NCBI GenBank assembly: GCA_029936675.1
Contig: JAPYSB010000005.1
Coordinates: 12,104 to 76,103 of the forward strand
Length of the DNA: 64,000 bases
Source: Dehalococcoidia bacterium
GTDB taxonomy: Bacteria; Chloroflexota; Dehalococcoidia; Lucifugimonadales; UBA826
Reading direction: 5' to 3'
The first letter of the stretch is position 1. Each line of letters starts with the position of its first letter. The position numbers and the translations under genes were made by a program. Shown here piece by piece: positions 18,931 to 28,758 of this stretch. Under the pieces are notes generated by a model. That model had not been told where the DNA came from. It saw only the letters and a list, made by a program, of their open reading frames with translations, and ran no database searches.

Positions 18931-19791
18931 CTATGACAGGAACTCTTTAAACCAGTCTTTAAATTGTTGATCTTTAGTCACTTGGCCCATTAATTCACTA
19001 TCCAGCGCTGTTGTGCTTACTTCTGAAGGTTGTTTGCCTTCAACAAGGGCTTTCATGGTGTCTCTAGTTGCTTTTACAGCTGCCATAAAGGGAAGGTGCC
19101 CTTGGAGCGCAATCTTCACCCCCATTGATGAAAGATACTGGTTGTCGTTTATGTCCTTTGGAGTACTCCCAAGCATTATAGGTATCTCAATGGAATTTTT
19201 AACGGCTTCTAATTGAGATCTGGCATTCAGTCCTGCAAAGAAAATCGCATCAACTCCAACGCTTTCATATGCCTTGGCTCTTTCAATAGCATCTTCCGTA
19301 CCTGTTACTTGGAATGCACTGGTCCTTCCAGCTATCACCAAACTTTGATCCTTTCTACCGGACAATGCTGCTTCCATTTTACCTATACCCTCTGATAGGG
19401 GTATTAACTCTGGCTTTGATTTCCCAAACTGCCTCGGAAGCACAGTATCTTCAATTGTGAGGGCCGCCACTCCGGCGTTTTCTAGTTCTTCCACTGTTCT
19501 TTTAACGTTAAGTGCGTTTCCATACCCATGGTCGGCATCGACCATTATTGGAAGGTCCGAGGCACGACATATTCTTCGTGCCTGCTCTGCAAATTCAGTA
19601 AGAGTTATTAAAATGTGGTCAGGGTCACCCAATATCACGGCCGAGGCTATAGAACCGGCGAACATCCCCACCTGATACTCTAAAGCCTCAGCAATCCGAG
19701 AGGATATGGCGTCAAATACTGACCCTGGATGCACGCACTGATTACCCGTCAGTATTTGTCTGAACTGGCACCTTTTTTGGCTATCGATCAT
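18931..19791 (-). CDS. Isocitrate lyase/PEP mutase superfamily protein (oxaloacetate-decarboxylase/2-methylisocitrate-lyase-like)
   Basis: Motifs 'PIMVDADHGYGNALNVKRTVEELENAGVAALTIEDT'. It lacks the PEP-mutase-specific 'EDKxxxxxNS' motif (see rejected items). Confidence 0.75.
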   Translation of the reverse strand: MIDSQKRCQFRQILTGNQCVHPGSVFDAISSRIAEALEYQVGMFAGSIASAVILGDPDHILITLTEFAEQARRICRASDLPIMVDADHGYGNALNVKRTVEELENAGVAALTIEDTVLPRQFGKSKPELIPLSEGIGKMEAALSGRKDQSLVIAGRTSAFQVTGTEDAIERAKAYESVGVDAIFFAGLNARSQLEAVKNSIEIPIMLGSTPKDINDNQYLSSMGVKIALQGHLPFMAAVKATRDTMKALVEGKQPSEVSTTALDSELMGQVTKDQQFKDWFKEFLS

Positions 19792-20008
19792 TTCTTCCTC
19801 GCATGAACAGGATGGGTTCGACGGATTGTAGCAGACCTTGATTTTGATAGGGTAGTGATTGAATATATGGGAGGTAATGGGGTCTTAAGGATAGGTATAG
19901 CGGGAATAACACGATGGTGGCACACGGCCTATTTTAGGTGATCATCTGATCCACCAAGATAATAATTTCAATGGCTTCTGATTAGCTGGATTTTTTAGAG
20001 GGAGAAAT

Positions 20009-21448
20009 ATGACCAAGATAATATTAGCTGTCTTCGATGGTTTGCAGCCTGCTCAAATTAATAGTTTGGATACACCTAACTTGTTCCAAGTATCCCAAAA
20101 CGGTTCCTTTTTCGAAAACCATCACCCTGTTTTCCCGTCGGTTACTAGAGTAAACGCTGCGTCAATAGTGACAGGTGTGAATCCCGGTAAACATTGGTTG
20201 TCCGGTAACTCTTTTGTAGCTAGAGATTATGATAATTCAAAGGTGATACCAGCTCTCAATGTTCAATTATCGGAGATTCGAAATGCTGGTTTGGATGTGC
20301 TAGGCGTACCAACCTTGCAAGAAATCATTTCGGAAAAAGGTATGGAATATGTCGCGATTGGTGTAGGCACCAGTGGAAATGCTTATGTGCATAATCCTCT
20401 TGCTGATCTTTATGGTGGTGCGACCATTCATCCTGAATTCACAATACCTTCGAGTTTGCATAGGGAACTTGAAGGGTTATTTGGTGGGTGGCCAGAAGAA
20501 CAATTACCCAACACCCCAAGATATAAAAAAGCAGTTGATATATTTATTGAGTATGTGTTGGGCAAAATTAATCCTGAAGTTGCCCTGATTTGGTCTTCAG
20601 AACCAGATAAATCGCAGCATGCATTTGGGGTTGGAAGTGATGCTGCCAAAGCCGCACTAAGGGAGGCTGACCTAGAGTTTGGCAGAATTATGGAGTATAT
20701 CAACGCTTCAGCTCAACATCAGAATTCTGATTTAATGATTCTCTCGGATCATGGGTATTCAACTATTTCTGAAGTCATAGATATTGAAACACTTTTGGGG
20801 TTTTCTAATTTGGTAGGATCTGATGGTTGGCTTTCAGCACAAAATGGTGGGTGCGTGCTTTTTTATTTGAAAAATCAGAACGATGTTCATTTGGTTTCTG
20901 AGTTGGTTGAATGGCTTTCTAGCCAACCATGGTGTGGAACCTTATGCTCTTCTAACCGTTTAGGGGCAGTAGAGGGTACTGTTTCTCTGTCTTCTATTAT
21001 GAATGAGGGGAAAAGGTCTCCCGATATAATAATGTCTTTCAACTGGGACTCCTCTGACAACGTCAATGGATACCCAGGTCATGTGTTCTCAACCGGCGGT
21101 GCAAAAAACCTTGGACAGCACGGTTCCATGAGCTTACATGAGATGAACAATACCCTCATATGCGCTGGTCCTACATTTCTAGAAGGAGAGAAAATATTAT
21201 CACCCACTGGTAACACAGATATTCTGCCGACCATACTGTCAATACTAGGAGAAGAGCCCCCTGCTCATGTAGAAGGGAGAATATTGGAAGAAAGTTTCAA
21301 AGGATCTGATAACGAAATCATATCTGAAATGAAAATACATAAAGCTTCCTTAAGTACAGAATTCGGGACCTATTCGCAGGAAATCACAATATCATCTGTT
21401 GGTCAGACTCAATATATTGATGAAGGAAAATCTTGGTTAAAAAAGTGA
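20009..21448 (+). CDS. Alkaline-phosphatase superfamily protein (type I phosphodiesterase/nucleotide pyrophosphatase family)
   Basis: Motifs 'AVFDGLQP', 'FPSVTRVNAASIVTG', 'SSEPDKSQHAFG' and 'MILSDHGY'. These match the metal-ligand and nucleophile pattern of the NPP/PhnA-type family. Confidence 0.75.
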   Translation: MTKIILAVFDGLQPAQINSLDTPNLFQVSQNGSFFENHHPVFPSVTRVNAASIVTGVNPGKHWLSGNSFVARDYDNSKVIPALNVQLSEIRNAGLDVLGVPTLQEIISEKGMEYVAIGVGTSGNAYVHNPLADLYGGATIHPEFTIPSSLHRELEGLFGGWPEEQLPNTPRYKKAVDIFIEYVLGKINPEVALIWSSEPDKSQHAFGVGSDAAKAALREADLEFGRIMEYINASAQHQNSDLMILSDHGYSTISEVIDIETLLGFSNLVGSDGWLSAQNGGCVLFYLKNQNDVHLVSELVEWLSSQPWCGTLCSSNRLGAVEGTVSLSSIMNEGKRSPDIIMSFNWDSSDNVNGYPGHVFSTGGAKNLGQHGSMSLHEMNNTLICAGPTFLEGEKILSPTGNTDILPTILSILGEEPPAHVEGRILEESFKGSDNEIISEMKIHKASLSTEFGTYSQEITISSVGQTQYIDEGKSWLKK

Positions 21449-21457
21449 GAAAAAATT

Positions 21458-21829
21458 ATGCTTTTTGATGATTCGGTTATTTTGGAGCAATTCATTTGGG
21501 AATCAAATGTTTCCGATAAGGATAATAATTTCAAAAATGATGTTGCTCTATATACTCAGGAGGATCCTCTCCCAACAGTAAGACGGTTAAGTCAAAATCT
21601 GGAAATACCTATTGGATCAGTAGTTAGGTACATTCTTTGTAAATGGGCCATGTCAGGAAGTGAGTCTTTGTTGGATTTGGGTCCTGATATGGTAAGAAAA
21701 ATATCGGATATTTTTGAAGATGCCGAATCGGACGGAACTGATGAAGCTAGGTTGGAAGCTTACAACTCAGTCAAGGCCATTATGAGCTGGATGAAGGTAC
21801 CGCTAGATAACCCCAATTACAGGAGTTAG
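21458..21829 (+). CDS. Hypothetical small protein with a possible helix-turn-helix
   Basis: 123-aa ORF located 9 nt after the preceding gene. The segment 'TVRRLSQNLEIPIGSVVRYIL' looks HTH-like. I recognise no family. Confidence 0.45.
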   Translation: MLFDDSVILEQFIWESNVSDKDNNFKNDVALYTQEDPLPTVRRLSQNLEIPIGSVVRYILCKWAMSGSESLLDLGPDMVRKISDIFEDAESDGTDEARLEAYNSVKAIMSWMKVPLDNPNYRS

Positions 21830-22157
21830 ACTCTCAGCACCTTCTTTTTATAGGGTTCAATTAGTCCCAACTCATCAGTATTTACAAGGGCAAACGCTGA
21901 TGAAGCACTCAACTAATTACAGGTAAACTCAAGGGCATTGCTGCATGTTTGCTGCACGCTAGGCCCGGCAGGTCAAAGTATGCCTACACCTTCATTCAAC
22001 CACGGGAGAGCACTCGACTATATTTCACTGTGATCACGGGTACCAGGTAGGGTGTTGCCAACACTGCTCCCTGTTTTAGGGGACAGCCCATGTCTAGGAG
22101 AGTGATAAATGAAAGGAGGCATGTATGCCAAAACATGCTCCGATCTTAACAAGATCT

Positions 22158-23027
22158 TCAATCACGGGGCTTGCTTCGCGGTCCGAACGGCTCCGGTAGG
22201 AATGGTTCATCCCGCGCCTTAAGGAATGCACCAAAGCCACCTTCTGCCTGCGCGCGATCAAGGTGTTCAACATCCGGACCGTCGTTCGCAGCCTCAACAA
22301 TTGTGGAGAGCGCACCATTCATATTTAGAGCAGAACGCAGACCCATTGCATCGAGTCCGTATGTGGTGATCGCCTTGTTGAGTCGGACCGATTCAGACGG
22401 CACTTTTGCAAGTCGCAATGCTAGTGCTCGAGCTTTTTCTAACAGTTGATCATGCGGTACCACTTCGTTGATCGCTCCAATGCGCAGTGCCTCTTGCGCG
22501 TCGAAATGGTCCCCTGTCAGCGCGTATCGATGCGCATTTTTCCATCCACAGAGCAGTGCAAACAGAACATTTGTATTTGACGTCATTCGAATCTCCGGCT
22601 GACCGAAAGTCGCCTGATCCGAAGCAATCGTGATGTCGCAAGCAAGGGAGTACCAGAAGCCTCCTCCAATACACCAGCCGTTAACTGCAGCGATGATGGG
22701 TTTTGGATGCTCCATTAGATGCATGATGTGCGTAGGTCCGCCCGCGCTGAGCATCGATGAACCCCATTGCCGCTTTAAATGAGTGCTTGTTGGAAGACGA
22801 GGTCGTTTGCTTCTGTCGCCCGAGATGTCGTAGCCAGCTGAGAACGCACGTCCACTACCGGTAACGATAATGGACCGGATTGCTTCGTTTTCTGCAGCAA
22901 TATCGAGCGCATGATGAAATTCGCGCTCGAGATCCTGAGAAATAGCATTGAGTGCGTCTGGTCGGTTCCAGGTAATAGTTAAGACTGGTCCGTCTATTTC
23001 GTAAAGTATGTTCTTGAATTCGGGCAT
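22158..23027 (-). CDS. Enoyl-CoA hydratase/isomerase (crotonase) family protein, GC-rich gene
   Basis: Motifs 'IIVTGSGRAFSAGYD' and 'PIIAAVNGWCIGGGFWYSLACDITIAS'. I prefer the ATG at 23027 (GAGG 5 nt upstream) over 23057. Confidence 0.85.
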   Translation of the reverse strand: MPEFKNILYEIDGPVLTITWNRPDALNAISQDLEREFHHALDIAAENEAIRSIIVTGSGRAFSAGYDISGDRSKRPRLPTSTHLKRQWGSSMLSAGGPTHIMHLMEHPKPIIAAVNGWCIGGGFWYSLACDITIASDQATFGQPEIRMTSNTNVLFALLCGWKNAHRYALTGDHFDAQEALRIGAINEVVPHDQLLEKARALALRLAKVPSESVRLNKAITTYGLDAMGLRSALNMNGALSTIVEAANDGPDVEHLDRAQAEGGFGAFLKARDEPFLPEPFGPRSKPRD

Positions 23028-23280
23028 TGGTACCTCGTTACATCGCGTACGATTCAAATCTTTTGTTTTCAGGCGGCCATTGTATTGTGCGATTGCTGCC
23101 GTTGGGCGAAGAATAAATCATCCAAAACCCCTAGTAACTAGGTACATAAATAGGAAATTGGCAGAGTTATAGCCTATTTAGCCAATGTTCCAAATGCTGA
23201 CCCCTTGCTATTACTGGGGGTTAGAGGAATGGGAACCCTCTTTAAACTTTATAGCCACCCTCACCATTATTAGGACCTGT

Positions 23281-23865
23281 TTAACTTATTCCTAGTTCCG
23301 ATCTCAAATCAGATATCGTTTGCTCTCTGTTTCTTGTAACTCTTCTTTCTCTCATTCCTATAGGTAGGTTTTCGACCTCAGCAGGAACCTTAATAGCTAT
23401 AAAAACTGGGCCATCTTGATTCATAATTTCGTCTAGGCTGGTGGAAAGTTCCTCTAGGTCATCGAAATTATATGTGGCGGCGTAACCTGACCCGGCAGCA
23501 ATTACTGAGTAGTCAATATCTTCGGAGTTAGGTACCGGTTGGCCTCCTGTCGTTGCATAACATCCGTTGTCCAAAAGGAAATGAACAAAATTCGTAGGTT
23601 TTTTACCAGCTATTGAGGCCAACACACCGAGGTTCATCAGCAATGCACCTTCGGTATCAAAATGAACTACCTTTTCGTTTGGAAGGCCCAAGGCCAAACC
23701 AAATATCGCTGCAGTGGACTGACCCATCGCTCCACCCAAAGAAATATCTCTATTTTGGTTGGTGGTTACATCAGCCCAATGTTTTCCAGACGTGCCTTGG
23801 ACCGACACTATCGCATTGCCCCTGTGTGCTTGAAATGCTTCAAATACTTCTTTCGATTCAATCAT
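23281..23865 (-). CDS. Split ThDP-dependent decarboxylase, beta (PP-domain) subunit, sulfopyruvate/phosphonopyruvate-decarboxylase-like
   Basis: 194 aa. ThDP-binding region 'GAMGQSTAAIFGLAL..FDTEGALLMNLG..LLDNGCYATTGGQP'. Confidence 0.7.
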   Translation of the reverse strand: MIESKEVFEAFQAHRGNAIVSVQGTSGKHWADVTTNQNRDISLGGAMGQSTAAIFGLALGLPNEKVVHFDTEGALLMNLGVLASIAGKKPTNFVHFLLDNGCYATTGGQPVPNSEDIDYSVIAAGSGYAATYNFDDLEELSTSLDEIMNQDGPVFIAIKVPAEVENLPIGMRERRVTRNREQTISDLRSELGIS

Positions 23866-23895
23866 TTTTTATACTCCTGATGATTTAAGACCCGA

Positions 23896-24414
23896 TTATC
23901 TATTAAACCCGTGATACTCATCTCCAATTAGGACGACTACAGGTCTTTTAGTCTTGACAGCTTCGTTATAAGCATCAGTTATTCGATCTCCATCTTCGTC
24001 AGTCTCAACCAGATAATAAGTTAAGCGAAAGGCGTTAAGAAATGGTTCAGTGTAAACGGCAGCAGAGTCTGGTGTGTGTCCCTTTCGGGTCCACCCACGA
24101 TACCCAACAACCATCAAAAGAGGAAAACCTGCGTCCAACGCCATGCCTCTGATGGAATCTCCGGATTCCATCATGCCCGTATTCTGGATAAGAACTACGG
24201 GTACCTTACCCGCCACATTGAGCCCCAAGGCTACAGCCATTGATTCTCCTTCCCGGGATACAGGTACTACTTCCAACCAATCTTCTTTCTCCATCAATTC
24301 ATATAGATAATTTGTTTCACTATCAGGGATCGTAATGATATGTGTAACACCGATATTCTTGAACTCTGCTATGAGAGTCTCAGGTCGTAGTATCTGTAAC
24401 TGTTGTTCCACCAT
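23896..24414 (-). CDS. Split ThDP-dependent decarboxylase, alpha (PYR-domain) subunit, ComD-like
   Basis: 172 aa. Motif 'ITIPDSETNYLYE..VSREGESMAVALG..IQNTG', containing the catalytic Glu of PYR domains. It sits directly upstream of the beta subunit. Confidence 0.7.
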   Translation of the reverse strand: MVEQQLQILRPETLIAEFKNIGVTHIITIPDSETNYLYELMEKEDWLEVVPVSREGESMAVALGLNVAGKVPVVLIQNTGMMESGDSIRGMALDAGFPLLMVVGYRGWTRKGHTPDSAAVYTEPFLNAFRLTYYLVETDEDGDRITDAYNEAVKTKRPVVVLIGDEYHGFNR

Positions 24415-24752
24415 GGCCTCTATACCTCCATTTTGTTTTATTTGCCTCTTTTTATCGAGCGCTAGTATAACTGACTAAAACTAACATGTCTTCTCATAAT
24501 GTATATTTATTTGAGTTATTATTTGCGCGGTCGTTTAGATGACTCAATTAAGAGGTATATATGGTTTACGATACCCATTCATATATTCGTGGACCAGAGA
24601 CTGCACCACCTACAAGATAGTTTAAATATACTTGACCCGATCGTTCCTTTATTACATAATTTTTATTCATGAATTTAGCCTAAATTACATGGAAACTCTT
24701 AAAAAGTTTGAGAGTTTTTTTTATATGTTTGATGCGGGTCAGATTGGAGTAT

Positions 24753-26051
24753 ATGAAATCAACTGGATCCACAACCTTATTTGCGCCATTTAAATGGCGC
24801 CACGCTGTCTTTTACGGATGGTGGCTAGTTCTCTTGACCCTTTTTCTTAATGCTGCAACAGGATCCCCAGTTTTTGGTGGAGTAGGTGTATGGATTGACG
24901 CCTTAGAACAGCATTTTGGATGGGGTAGGGCGGAGTTAGCGCTGGCTTTTTCGTTTGGACAACTTGAAAGTGGGTTAGCTGGACCGGTGGTTGGAATATT
25001 AGTTGACCGCTATGGTCCCAAGAAAATTGTGTTTTCTGGGGTCATGATTATTGGATTGGGATTCATTATGTTCAGCCAAACCAATAGCTTGTTGATGTTT
25101 TACGCCTCATACATTGTCATTATGCTAGGGGCCTCTGCCGGTGGTTGGCTGCCAATGATGACTGTTATCAACAACTGGTTTGATAAGAAGAGAACTATAG
25201 CCATGGGGTTTGGGGGGATTGGGTTTTCAATGGGAAGTTTTTTCCTCGTTCCATTACTGGCTTGGATGGTTCAACCTGGAGGGGTGGGTTGGCGGACGAC
25301 GGCAATGTCTTTGGGTATATTTTTCATTTTTATAGCTTATCCAGCCAGCAGGCTCATAAGAAATTCTCCTGAGGAATTTGGAGAAGTTCCAGATGGTATC
25401 AAAAATAAGCAAGTTGAAGAAGCGGGTTCGTCCCAGCCATCAAGTACAAGTAAGAGTACCGATACCAATTACAGTATGATGACAATTGCAAAGATGCCGG
25501 TGTTTTGGGTTTTGGCAATTTGTAATGGCATGTCCACTATGCTAATCGGGACTATGACAGTGCATTTAATTCTGGCTCTTAAAGACCAAGGTATATCGGT
25601 ACAGACAGGTGCCTGGATATGGGGTTCCACGATGCTTTTCTCAGGAGCAGCCCAAATTTTTGGCGGTTATTTAGGAGACAAAGTAGCCAAAAATATATCT
25701 CTTTGTGTTTTCGGAATAATACAAGCATTAGGTGTTATATATGCCACTTCAATCACAAGTGTAAATATGGCTCCCATTTTTGTTGTTGTGTATGGACTTG
25801 GATTTGGAGCCAGGATTCCTTTAGGAACAGCAATCAGAGGAGAATATTTCGGAAGAAAAGCTTTTGGTAAAGTACTTGGCTTATCTATGTTTCCTATGAT
25901 GTTGTTGATGACATTAGGGCCGTACGTTGCTGGGTTAATGTATGACCATTATGGAAACTATGATAGAGCTTTTTATTTGTTGGCCTCGGTATCGATGGTT
26001 GGTAGTATAGGATTCCTTTTTTGCAAAAAGCCAGATTTAACTAAAGTCTAA
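24753..26051 (+). CDS. MFS transporter (oxalate/formate-antiporter-like)
   Basis: About 12 hydrophobic helices, a 'VDRYGPKK' loop and a central hydrophilic loop. The start is uncertain: 24708, 24732 or 24753. Confidence 0.75.
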   Translation: MKSTGSTTLFAPFKWRHAVFYGWWLVLLTLFLNAATGSPVFGGVGVWIDALEQHFGWGRAELALAFSFGQLESGLAGPVVGILVDRYGPKKIVFSGVMIIGLGFIMFSQTNSLLMFYASYIVIMLGASAGGWLPMMTVINNWFDKKRTIAMGFGGIGFSMGSFFLVPLLAWMVQPGGVGWRTTAMSLGIFFIFIAYPASRLIRNSPEEFGEVPDGIKNKQVEEAGSSQPSSTSKSTDTNYSMMTIAKMPVFWVLAICNGMSTMLIGTMTVHLILALKDQGISVQTGAWIWGSTMLFSGAAQIFGGYLGDKVAKNISLCVFGIIQALGVIYATSITSVNMAPIFVVVYGLGFGARIPLGTAIRGEYFGRKAFGKVLGLSMFPMMLLMTLGPYVAGLMYDHYGNYDRAFYLLASVSMVGSIGFLFCKKPDLTKV

Positions 26052-26061
26052 ATGAATATAT

Positions 26062-27744
26062 TCAGTTATGAGATTGGACTCTAGACCAACTGTCTCTCAA
26101 GGAAACTGTTCTGTTGAACACAAGGTTATTACTATTGTCTGAATTCTCTGAATCCAGGCAAAAATAACCTAGCCTTTCGAATTGTATTGGGTTCCCTGGT
26201 GTTGATTCTCTAAGGCTTGGCTCCACTTTCGCCGAGCGTATAATCTCGAGGGAATTTGGATTCAGAACCGTTTCCAAACTTTCGCCATCTGATATATCTG
26301 GTTCAGGGTCTAGGCAAAGTCTTTCATAAAGTCGTACCTCGGCGTCAATCGAATGGTTTGCGCTAACCCAGTGTATGGTTGATTTAACTTTCCTTCCATC
26401 TGGGGCATTTCCACCCCGTGTTTTTGGGTCATAGGTGCATCTTAGCTCTATAACCTCGCCCGTTATAGGATCTTTAATAATCTCAATGCAGGTGATTAAA
26501 TAACCGTACCTAAGTCTAACTTCTCTTCCGACAGTTAATCGAAAGAATTTTTTAGGTGGGTTTTCCATAAAGTCATCTTGCTCGATGTACAGCTCTTTTG
26601 AGAACGGTAGTTTTCTTGTCCCGCTGTCACTATCTTGCGGGTTATTAGCGGCTTCAAGGTACTCGACCTGATCCTCAGGGTAGTTTTCTATTACCAATTT
26701 TATAGGCCGTAACACTGCAAGGGCTCTATTTGCTTTTTTATTTAGGTCTTCTCTTAAGCAATGTTCTAAGAGTTCTATTTCCGCCGTATGCCATCTTTTA
26801 GTTATACTGACCCTACGGCAAAACTCCCGTATAGAATCTGCTGTATAGCCTAGTCGTCTCATACCAGAAATTGTGGGCATTCGTGGGTCATCCCAACCGC
26901 TTACTAATTCAGCTTCCACTAGCTTAGTCAAATTTCGTTTACTTAGGATGGTATGGCTCAGGAAAATCTTTCCAAACTCGATTTGCCTAGATTTGAATAC
27001 CTTGAGCTCATCTATGAACCAATCATACAAAGGTCTGTGATCTTCATACTCCATGGTACACAAGGAATGCGTAACCTCTTCAATTGAGTCTGATAGACCG
27101 TGCGCAAAATCGTACATAGGGTATATAGGCCATTCATCACCCGTTCTATGGTGGGGTGTATCTAAGATTCGGTACATTACCGGATCTCGCATATTTAGAT
27201 TGGGGGAGGACATATCTATTTTTGCTCTTAAAACATGTGAACCAGGTCGATGAATCCCGTTACGCATCTCCTCTAAAAGCTTTATGTTCTCTTGGGGGTT
27301 TCTGTTCCGGTACGGACTATCCGACCCCGGCTCGGTGAGTGTTCCCCTATTTGCTTTAATTTCATCTTGGGTTTGACTATCAATGTAAGCTTTTTCCTGG
27401 CTTATGAGAATCATTGCAAATTCATAAAGTTTTTGAAAATAATCCGAGGCGAAATATTCTCTGTCGTCCCAATCAAAGCCTAACCACTGAATATCTTTCT
27501 TGATAGCTTCTACAAATTCAGTATTTTCTTTTGACGGGTTGGTGTCATCAAACCTGAGATTGCACTTTGCTGAATCATTTTCTTTTCCTATTCCAAAATT
27601 AAGGCATATGGATGCAGCGTGCCCTATGTGTAAGTAGCCGTTTGGTTCAGGAGGAAATCGGGTTGTGATAAATCGGTGTTTGCCTGAGGCCAAATCTTCT
27701 TTGACAATATCTCTAATGAAATCTTGGTTTGTATTTACATCCAC
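26062..27744 (-). CDS. glnS: Glutamine--tRNA ligase
   Basis: Motif '[35 protein letters not shown]' carries the HIGH motif. The KMSKS-type motif is 'ILSKR'. Length is 560 aa. Confidence 0.95.
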   Translation of the reverse strand: MDVNTNQDFIRDIVKEDLASGKHRFITTRFPPEPNGYLHIGHAASICLNFGIGKENDSAKCNLRFDDTNPSKENTEFVEAIKKDIQWLGFDWDDREYFASDYFQKLYEFAMILISQEKAYIDSQTQDEIKANRGTLTEPGSDSPYRNRNPQENIKLLEEMRNGIHRPGSHVLRAKIDMSSPNLNMRDPVMYRILDTPHHRTGDEWPIYPMYDFAHGLSDSIEEVTHSLCTMEYEDHRPLYDWFIDELKVFKSRQIEFGKIFLSHTILSKRNLTKLVEAELVSGWDDPRMPTISGMRRLGYTADSIREFCRRVSITKRWHTAEIELLEHCLREDLNKKANRALAVLRPIKLVIENYPEDQVEYLEAANNPQDSDSGTRKLPFSKELYIEQDDFMENPPKKFFRLTVGREVRLRYGYLITCIEIIKDPITGEVIELRCTYDPKTRGGNAPDGRKVKSTIHWVSANHSIDAEVRLYERLCLDPEPDISDGESLETVLNPNSLEIIRSAKVEPSLRESTPGNPIQFERLGYFCLDSENSDNSNNLVFNRTVSLRDSWSRVQSHN

Positions 27745-27796
27745 TATTTTTGATGTCCTGTGTCCCTAATTTTCTAACTGATTAGTAGCATGTATA

Positions 27797-28744
27797 TTAT
27801 GCGTATTGGATGATCTGGCTTAAAGTAGTTTTAAGTCGATCCGTGTGATGTTGCGGCAGATATGGTTCTTCAAGACATTCTACATTCGCCATCAAATGTT
27901 CAATTGAGGCTGTGCCTGTCAATACCGTGGAAACGGTTGTTGGTTCAGCAGCGAATTTGTAACCGGCCTCTATAACGGATTTCACATTCCCTTCTACCAA
28001 CCACCCGAGCGGATCATTGGTAGGAAGAGAGTCAGTATCTATCAGCCCAGAAGATTTCCATTTAGCGATTAATTGCTCTAAAAGAGTAGGATCAGGCAAT
28101 TTCACTCTGACCGCAGCCATGTTAATTACTCCTATATTGTGATTCTGGGCCAAAGGTAATATTTTTGCAGCTGCGGATTGGTTCAATATCCCATATTTCA
28201 GCATCACAACATCCCATAATTCTGGATGTTTCGATAAGCCTAATTCGATACCTTTTTGGGCAGGGTCCTCAGAAAAGCGGCTACTAAAACCAATACTTCT
28301 AATTTTCCCTTCAGATTTCAATCTTTCCATCGTTGGGTAAAGAGATTCAACGATTAGATCGTATTCGTGAGGCATAATCCCGTGGAAAAGCATTATATCT
28401 ATATAATCTGTTTGAAGCCTTTCTAGGCTCTTTTCTATGGATTCGATTAGTTTGGTATGGTCATCGATAGTGTTGTTCACCTCATCTCTGGCTGGCCATT
28501 TAGTACATAGTAGAAACGAATCCCGAGGTATGTCTGACAAACATTCGCCTAATATGGATTCTGAATCTCCATAGTGGGTAGCGGTGTCGAAAATATTGAT
28601 GCCGATGTCGAGGGCTGCTTTGACCAGTCTTTTTTGATCGTATATGGAATGCCCGATTGATTGACCGAGTTGTCTTGCACCACCTGTACCCAGGCTTAAT
28701 AATGAAACCTCCATTCCAGTTTTTCCAAGAATTCTTTTTATCAA
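27797..28744 (-). CDS. Aldo/keto reductase
   Basis: 315 aa. Motifs 'LGTGG', 'FDTATHYGDSE' and 'DIMLFHG'. Confidence 0.85.
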   Translation of the reverse strand: MIKRILGKTGMEVSLLSLGTGGARQLGQSIGHSIYDQKRLVKAALDIGINIFDTATHYGDSESILGECLSDIPRDSFLLCTKWPARDEVNNTIDDHTKLIESIEKSLERLQTDYIDIMLFHGIMPHEYDLIVESLYPTMERLKSEGKIRSIGFSSRFSEDPAQKGIELGLSKHPELWDVVMLKYGILNQSAAAKILPLAQNHNIGVINMAAVRVKLPDPTLLEQLIAKWKSSGLIDTDSLPTNDPLGWLVEGNVKSVIEAGYKFAAEPTTVSTVLTGTASIEHLMANVECLEEPYLPQHHTDRLKTTLSQIIQYA

Positions 28745-28758
28745 GCTTTTGAATCTCC

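Noticed and set aside
19810-19835. A 'GGGTTCGACGG' string resembling a tRNA T-loop in the 217-nt divergent intergenic region.
   Set aside because: The flanking bases do not form a T-stem, and no acceptor or anticodon arms can be drawn. It is not a tRNA.
19867-19941. 24-codon ORF 'MGGNGVLRIGIAGITRWWHTAYFR', vaguely like the N-terminus of a Gfo/Idh/MocA oxidoreductase (a possible gene remnant).
   Set aside because: The similarity is limited to a loose GxxGxx pattern. No continuation of the fold is detectable in any frame downstream.
22109-22222. 37-codon plus-strand ORF with an excellent SD (AGGAGAG-N6-ATG), partly antisense to the 3' end of the GC-rich crotonase gene.
   Set aside because: It overlaps the crotonase stop region by about 65 nt. 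GC-rich DNA readily produces spurious antisense ORFs. There is no recognisable motif, so I cannot support it without conservation data.
18931-24414. Possible phosphonate biosynthesis or catabolism locus: a PEP-mutase-superfamily gene, an AP-superfamily hydrolase (PhnA-like fold) and a split phosphonopyruvate-decarboxylase-like ThDP enzyme lie within 6 kb.
   Set aside because: The PEPM-fold protein reads 'IEDTVLPRQFGKSK' where true PEP mutases have the EDKxxxxxNS motif. It looks more like the oxaloacetate-decarboxylase/methylisocitrate-lyase branch. The genes are on different strands, and the foreign GC-rich gene and large gaps separate them. No phn or aminotransferase partners are adjacent.
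24693-24725. Terminator-like element 'aaactc-N13-gagttt' followed by a T-run, just upstream of the MFS transporter gene.
   Set aside because: The stem is only 6 bp, AT-rich, with a large loop. No upstream co-directional gene needs termination. It is probably chance structure in an AT-rich promoter region.
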